The translations under genes and the position numbers were made by a program. The notes under the pieces are model-generated. The model did not search any database. It was not told the origin of the DNA and saw only the letters and a program-made list of their open reading frames with translations. Shown piece by piece: positions 16,856 through 25,530 of a stretch of 32,000 nucleotides of DNA; positions within the stretch are counted from its first letter, which is position 1; every line of letters starts with the position of its first letter. Source of the stretch: Pyrodictium abyssi (lineage in GTDB: Archaea; Thermoproteota; Thermoprotei_A; Sulfolobales; Pyrodictiaceae); NCBI RefSeq assembly GCF_036323395.1, contig NZ_AP028907.1, positions 990,001-1,022,000 of the forward strand, read 5' to 3'.

Positions 16856-17263
16856 TTAGCTTTGCACAGACTTGAGGGCTATCAGGGCCTCTACAGGGAC
16901 TCCGCGGATAGTAATGCTTATCTTCTTACCCGATACGGGATCGCCAACTTTAATGCTGACCTCGTTCCACATTAGGCTTATCCTCTGGCTCTCGGCTATC
17001 GCGAGAAGCCCCTGCAGTATAGCTTTGAAGGCATTATGTGCATCAGGGTCTACCCTTTCAATAGTCTCCCTGACGCGCCGTAGCACCGTCTCTAGTAGCT
17101 CGCAGTCGCCCTCGATAGCTACGTACGCGCTGCGTATAGCGTGGGCAAACTCCTCCGGTATGGTGATGCTTTCCGGCATAATGTCCTGGAGACGGCGCAC
17201 AAGCTCGTATAGGCTGCCGCTATAGCATGTTCTCTGATACCCTATATCTTGGAGTGTATCCAC
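16856..17263 (-). CDS. EGDC-motif paralog, copy 1 (135 aa, unknown function)
   Basis: GTG start at 17263. Conserved blocks are RTCYSGSLYELVRRL, AYVAIEGDCELLE, VDPD, LMWNEVSI and ITIRGVPVEALIALKS. See the findings for the family alignment. Confidence 0.75.
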   Translation of the reverse strand: MDTLQDIGYQRTCYSGSLYELVRRLQDIMPESITIPEEFAHAIRSAYVAIEGDCELLETVLRRVRETIERVDPDAHNAFKAILQGLLAIAESQRISLMWNEVSIKVGDPVSGKKISITIRGVPVEALIALKSVQS

Positions 17264-17266
17264 TCA

Positions 17267-17315
<49 letters not shown>

Positions 17316-17505
17316 AAGCGTTGTACCGGAGGCGTAATGTGCGCCAGCACTGCTCTATACGGGCATCCTTCTCTAGCAATGCACATGCTTCGTAGGAATT
17401 TTAGCCCTATCCCCTTGTGCTGGACAGCCATAGCTCTCCACGAGTTACTGTGCTGCGTCGTGTGCTGGGGCCCGTAGGCTGCGCTGAAGGGGCTTTGCTG
17501 CCTAC

Positions 17506-17856
17506 GTGGCGGGTGTGGAGAGGCGTAAGCGGCTGAGCAGCGGCGAGACCAGGGTGTACTACAGCTATAGGGCTACAGTGCCCAGGCATGTCGCGGAGGA
17601 GCTGGGTCTGGACCCGGAGGGCGACCTGGTGCTCCTCCTGGCCGCCCGGCCCCGGTGGTACCACCTCCTCAACTACAACGAGGAGGAGAACCTGGGGACG
17701 TGGAGGAGTTTACCGGAGTGGGCCTGGGCTGAGGCCTGTATAGCGGGGCGCGGCCCCCGCGGCGAGTGCCGGGGACTACGGCTTCGTGGTACTAGTGGCT
17801 CCGAGGAGCGAGTTCGAGAGGCTTGGCCTAGAGCCCGGCTCTACTGTGTCCCCTAG
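17506..17856 (+). CDS. AbrB-like DNA-binding protein candidate; the C-terminal half may be frame-disrupted
   Basis: The N-terminal part is RVYYSYRATVPRHVAEELGLDPEGDLVLLLAARPRWYHLLNY. After about 17760, coding-looking peptides appear in the other frames (YGFVVLVAPRSEFERLGLEPGSTVS; LGELARLVRAVDTDGQQ), while the annotated frame becomes R/G-rich. Confidence 0.45.
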   Translation: MAGVERRKRLSSGETRVYYSYRATVPRHVAEELGLDPEGDLVLLLAARPRWYHLLNYNEEENLGTWRSLPEWAWAEACIAGRGPRGECRGLRLRGTSGSEERVREAWPRARLYCVP

Positions 17857-17987
17857 GGGAGCTAGCTAGGCTCGTGAGGGCCGTCGACACGGACGGGCAG
17901 CAGCGTGGCCGGTAGGCGGGGTTACCGGTTCTAGCGTAGGCCCGGTATGCGGTGGCTCCAGAGGGTCGTGTCTTGTGTCTCGCGGGC

Positions 17988-18386
17988 CTAGTGCTGGAGG
18001 GGGCGCCGGCCGCATAGGCTCTTCACGAGTATTAGGACTTCTACTGGTACGCCCTGCGCGGTTATCCGGAAGGATCTGCCGTCCTCGCTGGCTACCTCTA
18101 TTTCTACCTCCTGCTGCGTCAGGTGTACGTTGCAGTCTCTCGCCCTGCTGGTGAAAGCCTCCGCGAGGCCTAGGAACGTGGCCTCGGGGTCCCCGGCTAG
18201 GCGGCTCCTAACACGCTCCATTAGCTCTAGGAATAGCTCGCAGTCGCCCTCCACGGTGATGCTCGCGGCTTCGGCTGCGCGGGCTAGCATGCCGCGCCTC
18301 TCCTGGTCTATGGCGCTGGCTATGCCTAGGCTTTGGAGTAGGCTGGAGAGTGGGCCCCTGTAGCAAGTGTTGGCCGTGTGCATCAC
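17988..18386 (-). CDS. EGDC-motif paralog, copy 2 (132 aa)
   Basis: Conserved blocks are NTCYRGPLSSLLQSLG, ASITVEGDCELFLELM, GDPE and FRITAQGVPVEVLILVKSLCGRR. Confidence 0.75.
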   Translation of the reverse strand: MMHTANTCYRGPLSSLLQSLGIASAIDQERRGMLARAAEAASITVEGDCELFLELMERVRSRLAGDPEATFLGLAEAFTSRARDCNVHLTQQEVEIEVASEDGRSFRITAQGVPVEVLILVKSLCGRRPLQH

Positions 18387-18605
18387 GCGTCTTGCCCTCG
18401 GCTGTGCCGCGTCGTGGCCGCTGTGGGCGCGGATGTGGGTGGAGTGGGGTGCGGTGCCGTGCCCCGTACTCCGTGCCGCGGGCCTCGGTGCTCCGTAATG
18501 CTGGATAGTGCTCAGTAGTTAATAAGGCTCGTCTGCGACATATCTTTCTCTCGTTAACTATGTAAGCGCTACAACTAAGTTATAAAACGGGAGTAGCGCT
18601 GCAGC

Positions 18606-19715
18606 GTGTTACGCCCCAGCCGAGGGCTCTGCGGGCGCTGTCCCTGGAATCCTCCTTTAGCCGCGCTGCTGCCCCTACACCCTCCGGGTGGCGCTGGCTT
18701 GGGGCGTGCTGTGCTTACGCTACTCGTCCTGCTCGCGGCGCTGCTGGCGGCTGGAGCCCACGCGCAGAGCAGCGTATACGTCGGCGGCACCGGCAGCGTG
18801 GTGATCGACGCGGGGTTTAGCCGCCCGGTCGAGGGCGCGGTGGTCCAGCTCCAGCTGAGCGCTGCGCTGTACGTGTCGCCGGTGAGCGTGGCTAGCGTTG
18901 AGGGTGTGCGCGTCTACCTAGTGCTTGAGGGCGGCAGGCTCCTAGACGTGACGGGCAACGTGAGCGTCTCTGTGGAGCAGGTGAACTTCACCACGCAGCG
19001 CGTGGACATAGCCAGCGAGGCCGCTATAGTGATCCGCCAGGAGGCAGTCACCGGGCTCCGCGTCGAGCTGACGCTGCGCGGCGTGGGGAAGGGCCAGGCG
19101 GTAGTGGCCTACACCTACACCGTGGCGGGAGCGGTCTCGCTCATGGAGAGTATGCCGGCGATGCCGTTCCTACCCATAACGGGCAGCGGGAGGACAGTGG
19201 TAGAGGTGGCCGACACCGTCACCCTGCAGGTGCGGCTGGCTGCGGGCTGGAACCTGGTAGGGGTGAGCGTGGAGCCACTGGACCCCAGGGTGGAGGCGGT
19301 CTTCGAGGGCACCCCGGTGAGCGCCGTGTACTACTACAACGCGTCGGCGGGGAAGTGGATGTACTGGGTGCCGGGCTCCGGAGGCACGCTCCGCGAGCTC
19401 CACGCCGGCATGGGTCTGTGGGTCTACGCGGGGGAGCCCTTCACGCTGACGATAACCGGCACGCCGGCGGTGGAGCCCGGGCCGGGCCTAGCGCCCGGCT
19501 GGAACCTGGTAGCGCCCCTCCTGGGCACCGGCTCGCAGCCCTATCCCGGGGACCCCGTGTACCCGGCCGAGTACTGCGCCAAGTACGGCTGCACGGCGAT
19601 CTACTACTACGACCCGGAGGAGAACAGGTGGCTCTTCTGGGCCCCGGGCAACCCGGCGAGCACGCTGCTAGCGCTGCAGCCGGGCAAGGCGTACTACGTC
19701 TACAGGCCCTGGTAG
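18606..19715 (+). CDS. secreted protein with an internally duplicated C-terminal domain
   Basis: Signal peptide GRAVLTLLVLLAALLAAGAHA-QS. In-frame alternative starts are TTG 18699 and GTG 18711. There are two repeats of the pattern GWNLV...YYY....W.(Y/F)W.PG....L..L..G..(W/Y)VY (AGWNLVGVS...GLWVYAG and PGWNLVAPL...KAYYVYRP). Confidence 0.8.
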   Translation: MLRPSRGLCGRCPWNPPLAALLPLHPPGGAGLGRAVLTLLVLLAALLAAGAHAQSSVYVGGTGSVVIDAGFSRPVEGAVVQLQLSAALYVSPVSVASVEGVRVYLVLEGGRLLDVTGNVSVSVEQVNFTTQRVDIASEAAIVIRQEAVTGLRVELTLRGVGKGQAVVAYTYTVAGAVSLMESMPAMPFLPITGSGRTVVEVADTVTLQVRLAAGWNLVGVSVEPLDPRVEAVFEGTPVSAVYYYNASAGKWMYWVPGSGGTLRELHAGMGLWVYAGEPFTLTITGTPAVEPGPGLAPGWNLVAPLLGTGSQPYPGDPVYPAEYCAKYGCTAIYYYDPEENRWLFWAPGNPASTLLALQPGKAYYVYRPW

Positions 19716-19788
19716 CCCCTGAGACCCTCTCTGAAGGCTCGGTGTGCTCTGCTAGCATGTGGACCGGCAGTGCTACTAGAGATAGAAG

Positions 19789-20586
19789 CTATGTGGCGGC
19801 AGTGACCAGCTTACAGTGGCGTTGTAGCCTTCGATAAGCCCTCGGACAGTCTAGGCCGAGACTTGTCCTATAGTACTCGCAGTCCCTCTTACACTCTACA
19901 ACGAAGGGGAGCAACAACCTGTTATGCATAAGGATCACAATACTACACGAATCCGTGTGCACGGTCAGCGGCAGGGTCCGAGAGATGCCTCGAAGAGCCA
20001 GCCTAATCCCAGCTATAAAGAGTCTAGGAGGCACGCCGTGCCTACTAGCTGTGTCGCTTAGCGCAGATGCCATAGACACGCCATCACGTATATACGTCAT
20101 TATAGCCTCCTTGAGGAACCGGAGTACATGTATGGATGCCTCATCCACCCGGCACATAGTCATGGTCTTTAAGTTGAGCTTTCTCCTTTTTGCCTCTATA
20201 GCGAGAAGCATAAGAAACCCCAATAGTTCGTCTAGCTCAACGCGTACACCCCAGGTCTTGGCGAAACAGCCCACTAGGGCCTCCTCTCCGATAATGCTGT
20301 TTATGTAGAGGGCTAGGCAGCCTTTGTTGGATATACGAGGGCGTCCACGCGGGCCATCACTTATCAGTAGACGCTCTCTCAAGAGCCTCCTAGATTTGCG
20401 ATACACCGTGGCTGTATTCATGCCCAGCATGTTGGAGATCTTGTAAGGTGAGGCTTCTTGCACCTTAAGGTACGCGTATAGGATCCGCTTCTCAGCCTCA
20501 TCGATGACTGGTACGAGGTCTGCCCACAAGCGCCTTACAGCATTTATATACTTGCTAACCTCGCTAGCGCCAACCACGTCTGCCAC
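19789..20586 (-). CDS. winged-HTH transcription regulator with a Cys-rich C-terminal domain
   Basis: HTH-like segment ILYAYLKVQEASPYKISNMLGMNTATVYRKSRRLLRERLLI. The C-terminus has the spacing C-x17-C-x3-C-x10-C-x10-C (DSCSIV...VECKRDCEYYRTSLGLDCPRAYRRLQRHC). It is divergent to the cytochrome operon. Confidence 0.7.
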   Translation of the reverse strand: MADVVGASEVSKYINAVRRLWADLVPVIDEAEKRILYAYLKVQEASPYKISNMLGMNTATVYRKSRRLLRERLLISDGPRGRPRISNKGCLALYINSIIGEEALVGCFAKTWGVRVELDELLGFLMLLAIEAKRRKLNLKTMTMCRVDEASIHVLRFLKEAIMTYIRDGVSMASALSDTASRHGVPPRLFIAGIRLALRGISRTLPLTVHTDSCSIVILMHNRLLLPFVVECKRDCEYYRTSLGLDCPRAYRRLQRHCKLVTAAT

Positions 20587-20749
20587 CTATGTCCGCCTTT
20601 GGGAAGCGGGGCGTCCGCGCTTCCGTAGGCTATATTTATTATTCTCATCGACTTTAATAAGTGTTTATCATTATAATTTGTAGGGCTCCTCCCTACGAGC
20701 GTGGAGGATGCCCGGCATTCCGGTGCGATAACTATTGCTAATCATTGTT

Positions 20750-20759
20750 GTTAGCTAAC
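20750..20759. promoter_or_regulatory. perfect 10-nt palindrome GTTAGCTAAC about 50 nt upstream of the cytochrome gene
   Basis: Read directly from the sequence. It lies in the 223-nt AT-rich divergent spacer, which also contains the hairpin GGAAGCG-n9-CGCTTCC (20602..20624) and TATA-like runs. Confidence 0.35.
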
Positions 20760-20809
20760 GAATAATCCCGGCACCTGCCATCATGTAATCGGAAGCGTGG
20801 TGTTAAATT

Positions 20810-21874
20810 ATGCAGAGACGGGCATTCATTAAGAGGATGGCGGCTACGCTAGGAGGCTTCATCCTCCTATCAAGACTGCCCCTCTCTTCTGCAGACAATG
20901 GCCACGAGAATGCGGCGCCTCCTCACCTCCCCTGGCCGTACACTAGGCTCGACCCAGAGGAGACGAGAAAGCTTGGCCATCTTGGATACTACTTGTTCGA
21001 GTGCGCAGGCGGTGCCTTCTGGTCTATAGCTGTGCAGCTTCGAGAAAAGATAGGCTATCCCTGGACGCTCCTGCCTATACCGAGCAGAGAGGAGGCTATG
21101 GAAGCGGTTAGGGAGGGAAAGCACCTGCATAGCTTGTTCCAGTACGGGTACGGTGGTGCTGTGGGCTGGGGTACACTGTGTGGAGCGCTTAACGGCTCGC
21201 TAGCAATAATCCAGATGGTCGTCGGTGAACATAAGCACTGGGATGCACTGGGCAAGAAGCTCATGAGGTGGTACGAGTCTACGCCTCTGCCCTCAGATAA
21301 GAGCAACGAGTACGCGGTAAAGGGAATGATGTACGTACCTAAGGAGAAAATGAAGTCTACAAAATGGCTTCCCAGCAACATTAGCGGCTCAACGCTCTGC
21401 CACGTGTCTGTTGGAAAGTGGTGCGAGATATCGGGCTACGCGAGCGGCTCCAAGGAGCGTAGCGAGCGCTGCGGCAGGCTCACGGGGGACGTTGCAGCCA
21501 TGACTGTTCAGCTCTTAAACACCTACTTTGAGAAGGGTCTCTCAGCTGCTTTAGCCCTAGCTGCTGATGTGAGGCTATCGCCTACCACTGCTAGCTGCCG
21601 TGTCTGCCACTACAAGGGCAAGGACTACGAGGCTGGGCAGTTCACACGCGGGTACCTCGCGTGTGAGAGCTGCCACAGAGACATGAGGCCCCACGCCCAC
21701 ACGTTTGTCAGCCTCGGTGGAGGGCATGGCGAGGCCGGGCTCAAGGGGCCTAGCTGGGCTAGAGACCTAGCCATAGCGGGCCTCGGCGCCGCTGCAGCGG
21801 CTGGCGTGGCGGCGGGAGTGCTCGCGGGCTCCGGCTCCCGGGAGGACCGCGGAGAGGAGGAGAAGGAGGGCTGA
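20810..21874 (+). CDS. Tat-signal C_GCAxxG_C_C-family redox protein with two CXXCH haem-c motifs (split-Soret-cytochrome-like) and a C-terminal TM anchor
   Basis: Twin-arginine signal MQRRAFIKRMAATLGGFILLSRLPLSSA. Family-type cysteines are FECAGGAF, GTLCGALNGSLAI, STLCHVSVGKWCE and RCGRL. Haem motifs are CRVCH and CESCH. The C-terminal hydrophobic stretch is LAIAGLGAAAAAGVAAGVLAG. Confidence 0.75.
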   Translation: MQRRAFIKRMAATLGGFILLSRLPLSSADNGHENAAPPHLPWPYTRLDPEETRKLGHLGYYLFECAGGAFWSIAVQLREKIGYPWTLLPIPSREEAMEAVREGKHLHSLFQYGYGGAVGWGTLCGALNGSLAIIQMVVGEHKHWDALGKKLMRWYESTPLPSDKSNEYAVKGMMYVPKEKMKSTKWLPSNISGSTLCHVSVGKWCEISGYASGSKERSERCGRLTGDVAAMTVQLLNTYFEKGLSAALALAADVRLSPTTASCRVCHYKGKDYEAGQFTRGYLACESCHRDMRPHAHTFVSLGGGHGEAGLKGPSWARDLAIAGLGAAAAAGVAAGVLAGSGSREDRGEEEKEG

Positions 21875-21880
21875 GGAGGG

Positions 21881-22903
21881 GTGGCGCAGAAGCCGCGGAT
21901 CGGGAGCCTAGTAGGCAGCATACTGGGCACAGCGCTGCTCCTAGCCCTGGGCTGGAGCCTGGTATACGAGTACGCGGTCAAGGTGCTCCTAAGCGACGGG
22001 CCGCGGAGGCTCCAGGAGATAAGCAGCCTGGAGCTGGGGAGCACCCTGTGGTGGAGGAACTTCGTAGCACTAGCCTTCGACGTGCTGATAATAGTAGTCG
22101 CGGCTATAGGCACCTGGTGGGTGCTCGCCAGCCTAGTAGCCGAGGCCAGGGAGGCCGGCAAGTGGAGGAGCTACTACCGGAGTAGGGAGGCCCAGAGGGA
22201 CAGGTGGGTCGAGAGGCTCACCCCCTGGCAAAGGATACAGCACCTATGGATGATGATAACGTTCATAGTGTGTGCTGTCACCGGTATGGCGGCGCACCTG
22301 GACGTGCTGGCTAGCAGGCAGACACTGCTAACCATACACGTCTACTCCGGCCTAGCGATGGGCGTGCTCGCGGTCATACACTTCGCCCAGTACACGACGA
22401 TGGCGCTGCTGGCTAAGGCCCGGGGGGAGAGCCTACGCGAGAGGTTCCCGATGCTCGAGATATACAGTAGGAAGTTCATACGCGGTATAGTGAAGACCCT
22501 GCTGAGGCCCTTCCGGCCGGGGATAAAGCCGGAGCCCTTCGGCAAGTACGACCCAGAGCAGCTCTTCGAGTACTGGGGCATCTACTGGGGCATGGCGGTG
22601 CTCGGTGTACCGGGCGTAGCGCTACTGCTATACGGCCCTGACGTGCTCGGCGGACTATTCTGGGTCATGCACTTCAAGGAGGCGATACTAGCGATAACAT
22701 TCATACTAATGGTGCACATAGCCTACACGCACTTCAGGCCCACAGTATTCCCCATGGACCCGACGTTCATACACGGCAAGATGCCGATGAAGCGGGCTAT
22801 GGAGGAGCACCCAGAGTGGGCCCGCAAGCTAGCCCAGGCCCAGCAGGAGCAGCCAGAGGAGGCCGCTAGCCCACCCGAGCAGGCAGCAGCCCGGGCACCA
22901 TAG
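21881..22903 (+). CDS. membrane b-type cytochrome (FdnI / Ni-Fe hydrogenase cytochrome-b-like)
   Basis: It starts 7 nt after the cytochrome gene. It has multiple TM helices carrying conserved-looking His residues (RIQHLWMMITF, LTIHVYSGLAMGVLAVIHFAQY, VMHFKEAILAITFILMVHIAYTHF). Confidence 0.7.
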   Translation: MAQKPRIGSLVGSILGTALLLALGWSLVYEYAVKVLLSDGPRRLQEISSLELGSTLWWRNFVALAFDVLIIVVAAIGTWWVLASLVAEAREAGKWRSYYRSREAQRDRWVERLTPWQRIQHLWMMITFIVCAVTGMAAHLDVLASRQTLLTIHVYSGLAMGVLAVIHFAQYTTMALLAKARGESLRERFPMLEIYSRKFIRGIVKTLLRPFRPGIKPEPFGKYDPEQLFEYWGIYWGMAVLGVPGVALLLYGPDVLGGLFWVMHFKEAILAITFILMVHIAYTHFRPTVFPMDPTFIHGKMPMKRAMEEHPEWARKLAQAQQEQPEEAASPPEQAAARAP

Positions 22904-22975
22904 AGCCCCAGCCCCTTTTCCCCCATCGATGCGCCCGGCTGCTCCACGCGCCCAGCCCCCGGGGGGACCCCGGGC

Positions 22976-23767
22976 CTAGGCGGGCCTAGCGCTGTACCCC
23001 TCCTCCTCGAGGACCTCCCTAAGCTCTCCAGCATCGAGCCGGGCTAGCCTGGACCTCCGGTAGTTCCCCCTCGCCAATGCCCACGCGGCCTCCTCGCCGA
23101 GCATCCTCGCTAGGAGCCGGCTAGGCGGCTGCCTAGCTAGCCACGGCCTAGGCTCGGATAAGGGCGCCGGTGGGTACACCAGGTAGCCCCGGCCGATGAC
23201 AGCTGTAGGGTAGTCGCCGTGCCGGGCGTAGTGGGGGCTGCTCCGCAGCTGGGGGTGCCTGGCCAGGAGGCGGCCCCAGCCGGTCCTAGCCGTATCCACG
23301 ACCTCCTCCACCTCCAGGAACCCGGCCAGGTACACAGCGGCCCTCCCCTCGCCCGCCGCTAGGTGGAGTGCACGGCGTATCTCGGGGAGACTCCTCCTCC
23401 GGCTCCAGAAGCCCTCCGGGTACACGGCAAGCCCGGCCACGAAGCCGACTACGTCGCCGCTGGCTAGGCTCCGTGGGAGCCGGCCCCGTGGAGCGTAGTA
23501 GTCGGTGTAGAAGCCTAGGTCCAGCCTCGGGTCGTTATGCAGTAGCCACCAGCGGTCCACGGGGAGGAAGTCTAGGAGAGGCCGCCCAGTGCACGGGTCC
23601 ACCACGCTAGCCGGGTCCATGTGGCGGGCAGCTCTCTCGGCAAAGGCCTCGGGCACGGGGATGAGCGTGGCGCAGCCTACACCCGGCCACAGGGGCGAGT
23701 AGTAGCCCCCGCCGGGCAAGCTCCCCGTGTCGAGGTAGACCCTTAGGAGGAGCAGCCTCCCCGTCAT
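22976..23767 (-). CDS. conserved hypothetical protein, possibly of the Nmad3-type nucleotide-modification-associated family
   Basis: Intact 263-aa ORF. The N-terminus LLLLRVYLDTGSLPGGGYYSPLWPGVGCATLIPVPE resembles, by eye, the SRKGFDSxxGGxxSP....lPIP pattern. LHNDPRLD is another conserved-looking block. The family assignment is tentative. Confidence 0.6.
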   Translation of the reverse strand: MTGRLLLLRVYLDTGSLPGGGYYSPLWPGVGCATLIPVPEAFAERAARHMDPASVVDPCTGRPLLDFLPVDRWWLLHNDPRLDLGFYTDYYAPRGRLPRSLASGDVVGFVAGLAVYPEGFWSRRRSLPEIRRALHLAAGEGRAAVYLAGFLEVEEVVDTARTGWGRLLARHPQLRSSPHYARHGDYPTAVIGRGYLVYPPAPLSEPRPWLARQPPSRLLARMLGEEAAWALARGNYRRSRLARLDAGELREVLEEEGYSARPA

Positions 23768-23897
23768 CCTCTGCTAGGCCCTCCCGGCGGCTACGTAGGG
23801 ACAGCTAGCTGGAGCCGTACACATACTGTGGGTCACGCTTTATAACCCTGCGCTAGTGTAGCCCCAGAGCCGAATAGACAGACCGTCCGGAGAGGGA

Positions 23898-24304
23898 ATG
23901 GATACGTCCGGCAGCATGCCCGGAAGCAAGGTATGCTTTGATGGTAACTTGTTCGAACTAGTAAAGCGTTTTCTGGGCGCAATACCGGGCGAAGCCCAGG
24001 TACCCGACGAACTCGTATACGCCACCCATAGCGCCCGCGTCCGGGTCGAGGGCGACTGTAGCATCCTCGACGAGATCCGCAACCGGATGAGCGAGAGAAG
24101 AACCAGAGGCGGGGACCCCGAGCAGCCGTTAAAGAAGCTCCTTGAAACGATCGCGGCGGATGCTATCAAGTGTAGAACTGGGCTAATGTGGGGCGAAATA
24201 GCTATAGAGCTGGACTATGGCGGGGGTAGGCGGCTCCGCATAGTAGCGACGGGGTGCCTATCGAGACAGTGCTCTCGGTTAAGACTGCATGTGGGCAGCG
24301 GTAG
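23898..24304 (+). pseudogene. EGDC-motif paralog, copy 3, with an apparent 1-nt frameshift near the C-terminus
   Basis: Conserved blocks are KVCFDGNLFELVKRF, ARVRVEGDCSILDEI, GDPE, LMWGEIAIE and RRLRIVATG. The listed frame then gives CLSRQCSRLRLHVGSGSFL. One extra G in the G4 run at 24251..24254 gives VPIETVLSVKTACGQR-stop (24302..24304), which matches the family C-terminus. Confidence 0.65.
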
Positions 24305-24716
24305 CTTTCTGTAACCCCCTATACATTCTCTGCGTGCCGCAGAACATCTTCAGCGCTATCAGAACCTCTAGCGGGATACCCCGCACAGTAACTTCCACCC
24401 GCCTACCATCGCCGGAGACGAGTGCCACCCTCAGCTCGCCCCAGGTCAGCCGGGTGCTACACTCATCGACTATAGAGAGGAGCATCTGTAGGAGGGTCTC
24501 GAAGCTGACCCGCTGCTGGTCGGCCTCTCTGATGGCGCCCTTAGCCCGGGCAGCTAGCTCCTCGAGGAGCCCGCAGTCGCCCTCGGCTACTACGTAGGCT
24601 GACTGCAGGGCGTACTCGAACACTGGCGGCACCTCTATGTCCTCTGGCTTCGGGATACCGAGGAGCGTAAACAGCTCTAGAAGCCTACCACTATAGCATG
24701 TACGGTTCTCGTCCAC
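24279..24716 (-). CDS. EGDC-motif paralog, copy 4 (145 aa)
   Basis: Conserved blocks are RTCYSGRLLELFTLLG, AYVVAEGDCGLLEEL, LTWGELRVAL and VTVRGIPLEVLIALKMFCG. It converges on copy 3, and the 3' ends overlap. Confidence 0.75.
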   Translation of the reverse strand: MDENRTCYSGRLLELFTLLGIPKPEDIEVPPVFEYALQSAYVVAEGDCGLLEELAARAKGAIREADQQRVSFETLLQMLLSIVDECSTRLTWGELRVALVSGDGRRVEVTVRGIPLEVLIALKMFCGTQRMYRGLQKATAAHMQS

Positions 24717-24961
24717 GTGCTACGCAGCCCAGGCTATGTACCGGGCTTCGGTCCTACTAATAGGTGAGGTGTGTACACCGGTTCTGCTTCGTCTTCTGGT
24801 GCTACGTGGAGCCCACACATCTTCTATCAAGACAATGGTTATTAGGCTCCTTTGCCATCCGCGGGGTTTCCGAGGCAGTGCGTCATTCCGGGTGTTTTTG
24901 CTGGCTCTTCCGAGTATATGTCTCCCAGGGCCCTCTGGGGGCGCTCGCTTGCGTCGCGTAG

Positions 24962-25336
24962 CCGGAGGCTGTATACGGGACGGCTGGGAATGGTGTTTGC
25001 TTCACGGGTAGCCTCTCCGAGCTCCTGCGGCGCTTCGGCGCCGAGGCGTCCGCGGGGACTCAGACCGTGTACGTGCGCGTGGAGGGCGACTGTGGGCTCC
25101 TCGAGGAGCTGCTGGGCCGCGTCTGGGGCGGCGCAGCGGCCGGGGACCCGCTAGAAGCCCTGCTGGGCGTCCTCGCGGAGAAGGCTCTCCGCTGCAGCAT
25201 ACGCCTAGCGGTGGGCGAGCTAAGCCTAGAGGTCGGGGACCATGGCTCCGGCAGGGTGTTCCGGGTAACAGCGCGCGGAGCGCCGGTGGACGCGCTGCTC
25301 CGGGTGAAGAGCGTCTGCGGCCGCCGCGCATGGTAG
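24962..25336 (+). pseudogene. EGDC-motif paralog, copy 5; the conserved N-terminus has no in-frame canonical start
   Basis: The frame is open from 24962 and reads ...GNGVCFTGSLSELLRRFGAEASAGTQTVYVRVEGDCGLLEELLGRV...GDPLEALL...FRVTARGAPVDALLRVKSVCGRRAW. The first ATG/GTG/TTG in frame is GTG 25067, downstream of the CFxGxL block. An ATG at 24990 is one base out of frame. Confidence 0.6.
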
Positions 25337-25530
25337 CCTGGCGGCGGCGCTGGTATGTGCGGTTGACTCTTTAGGGCCCGTCCCCGCTTCTTAGGACAGC
25401 ATCCGGGATCTAGGGGCAGAGCCCGGAGACCGGGATAGAGGGTGAGGCCGCCCTGGCCAAGAAGAAGCGTGGAAGGAGAGAAGAGGAGAGTAGGAAGGAG
25501 ATACCCCTCCCAAGCCAGGAAGAGGGCACT

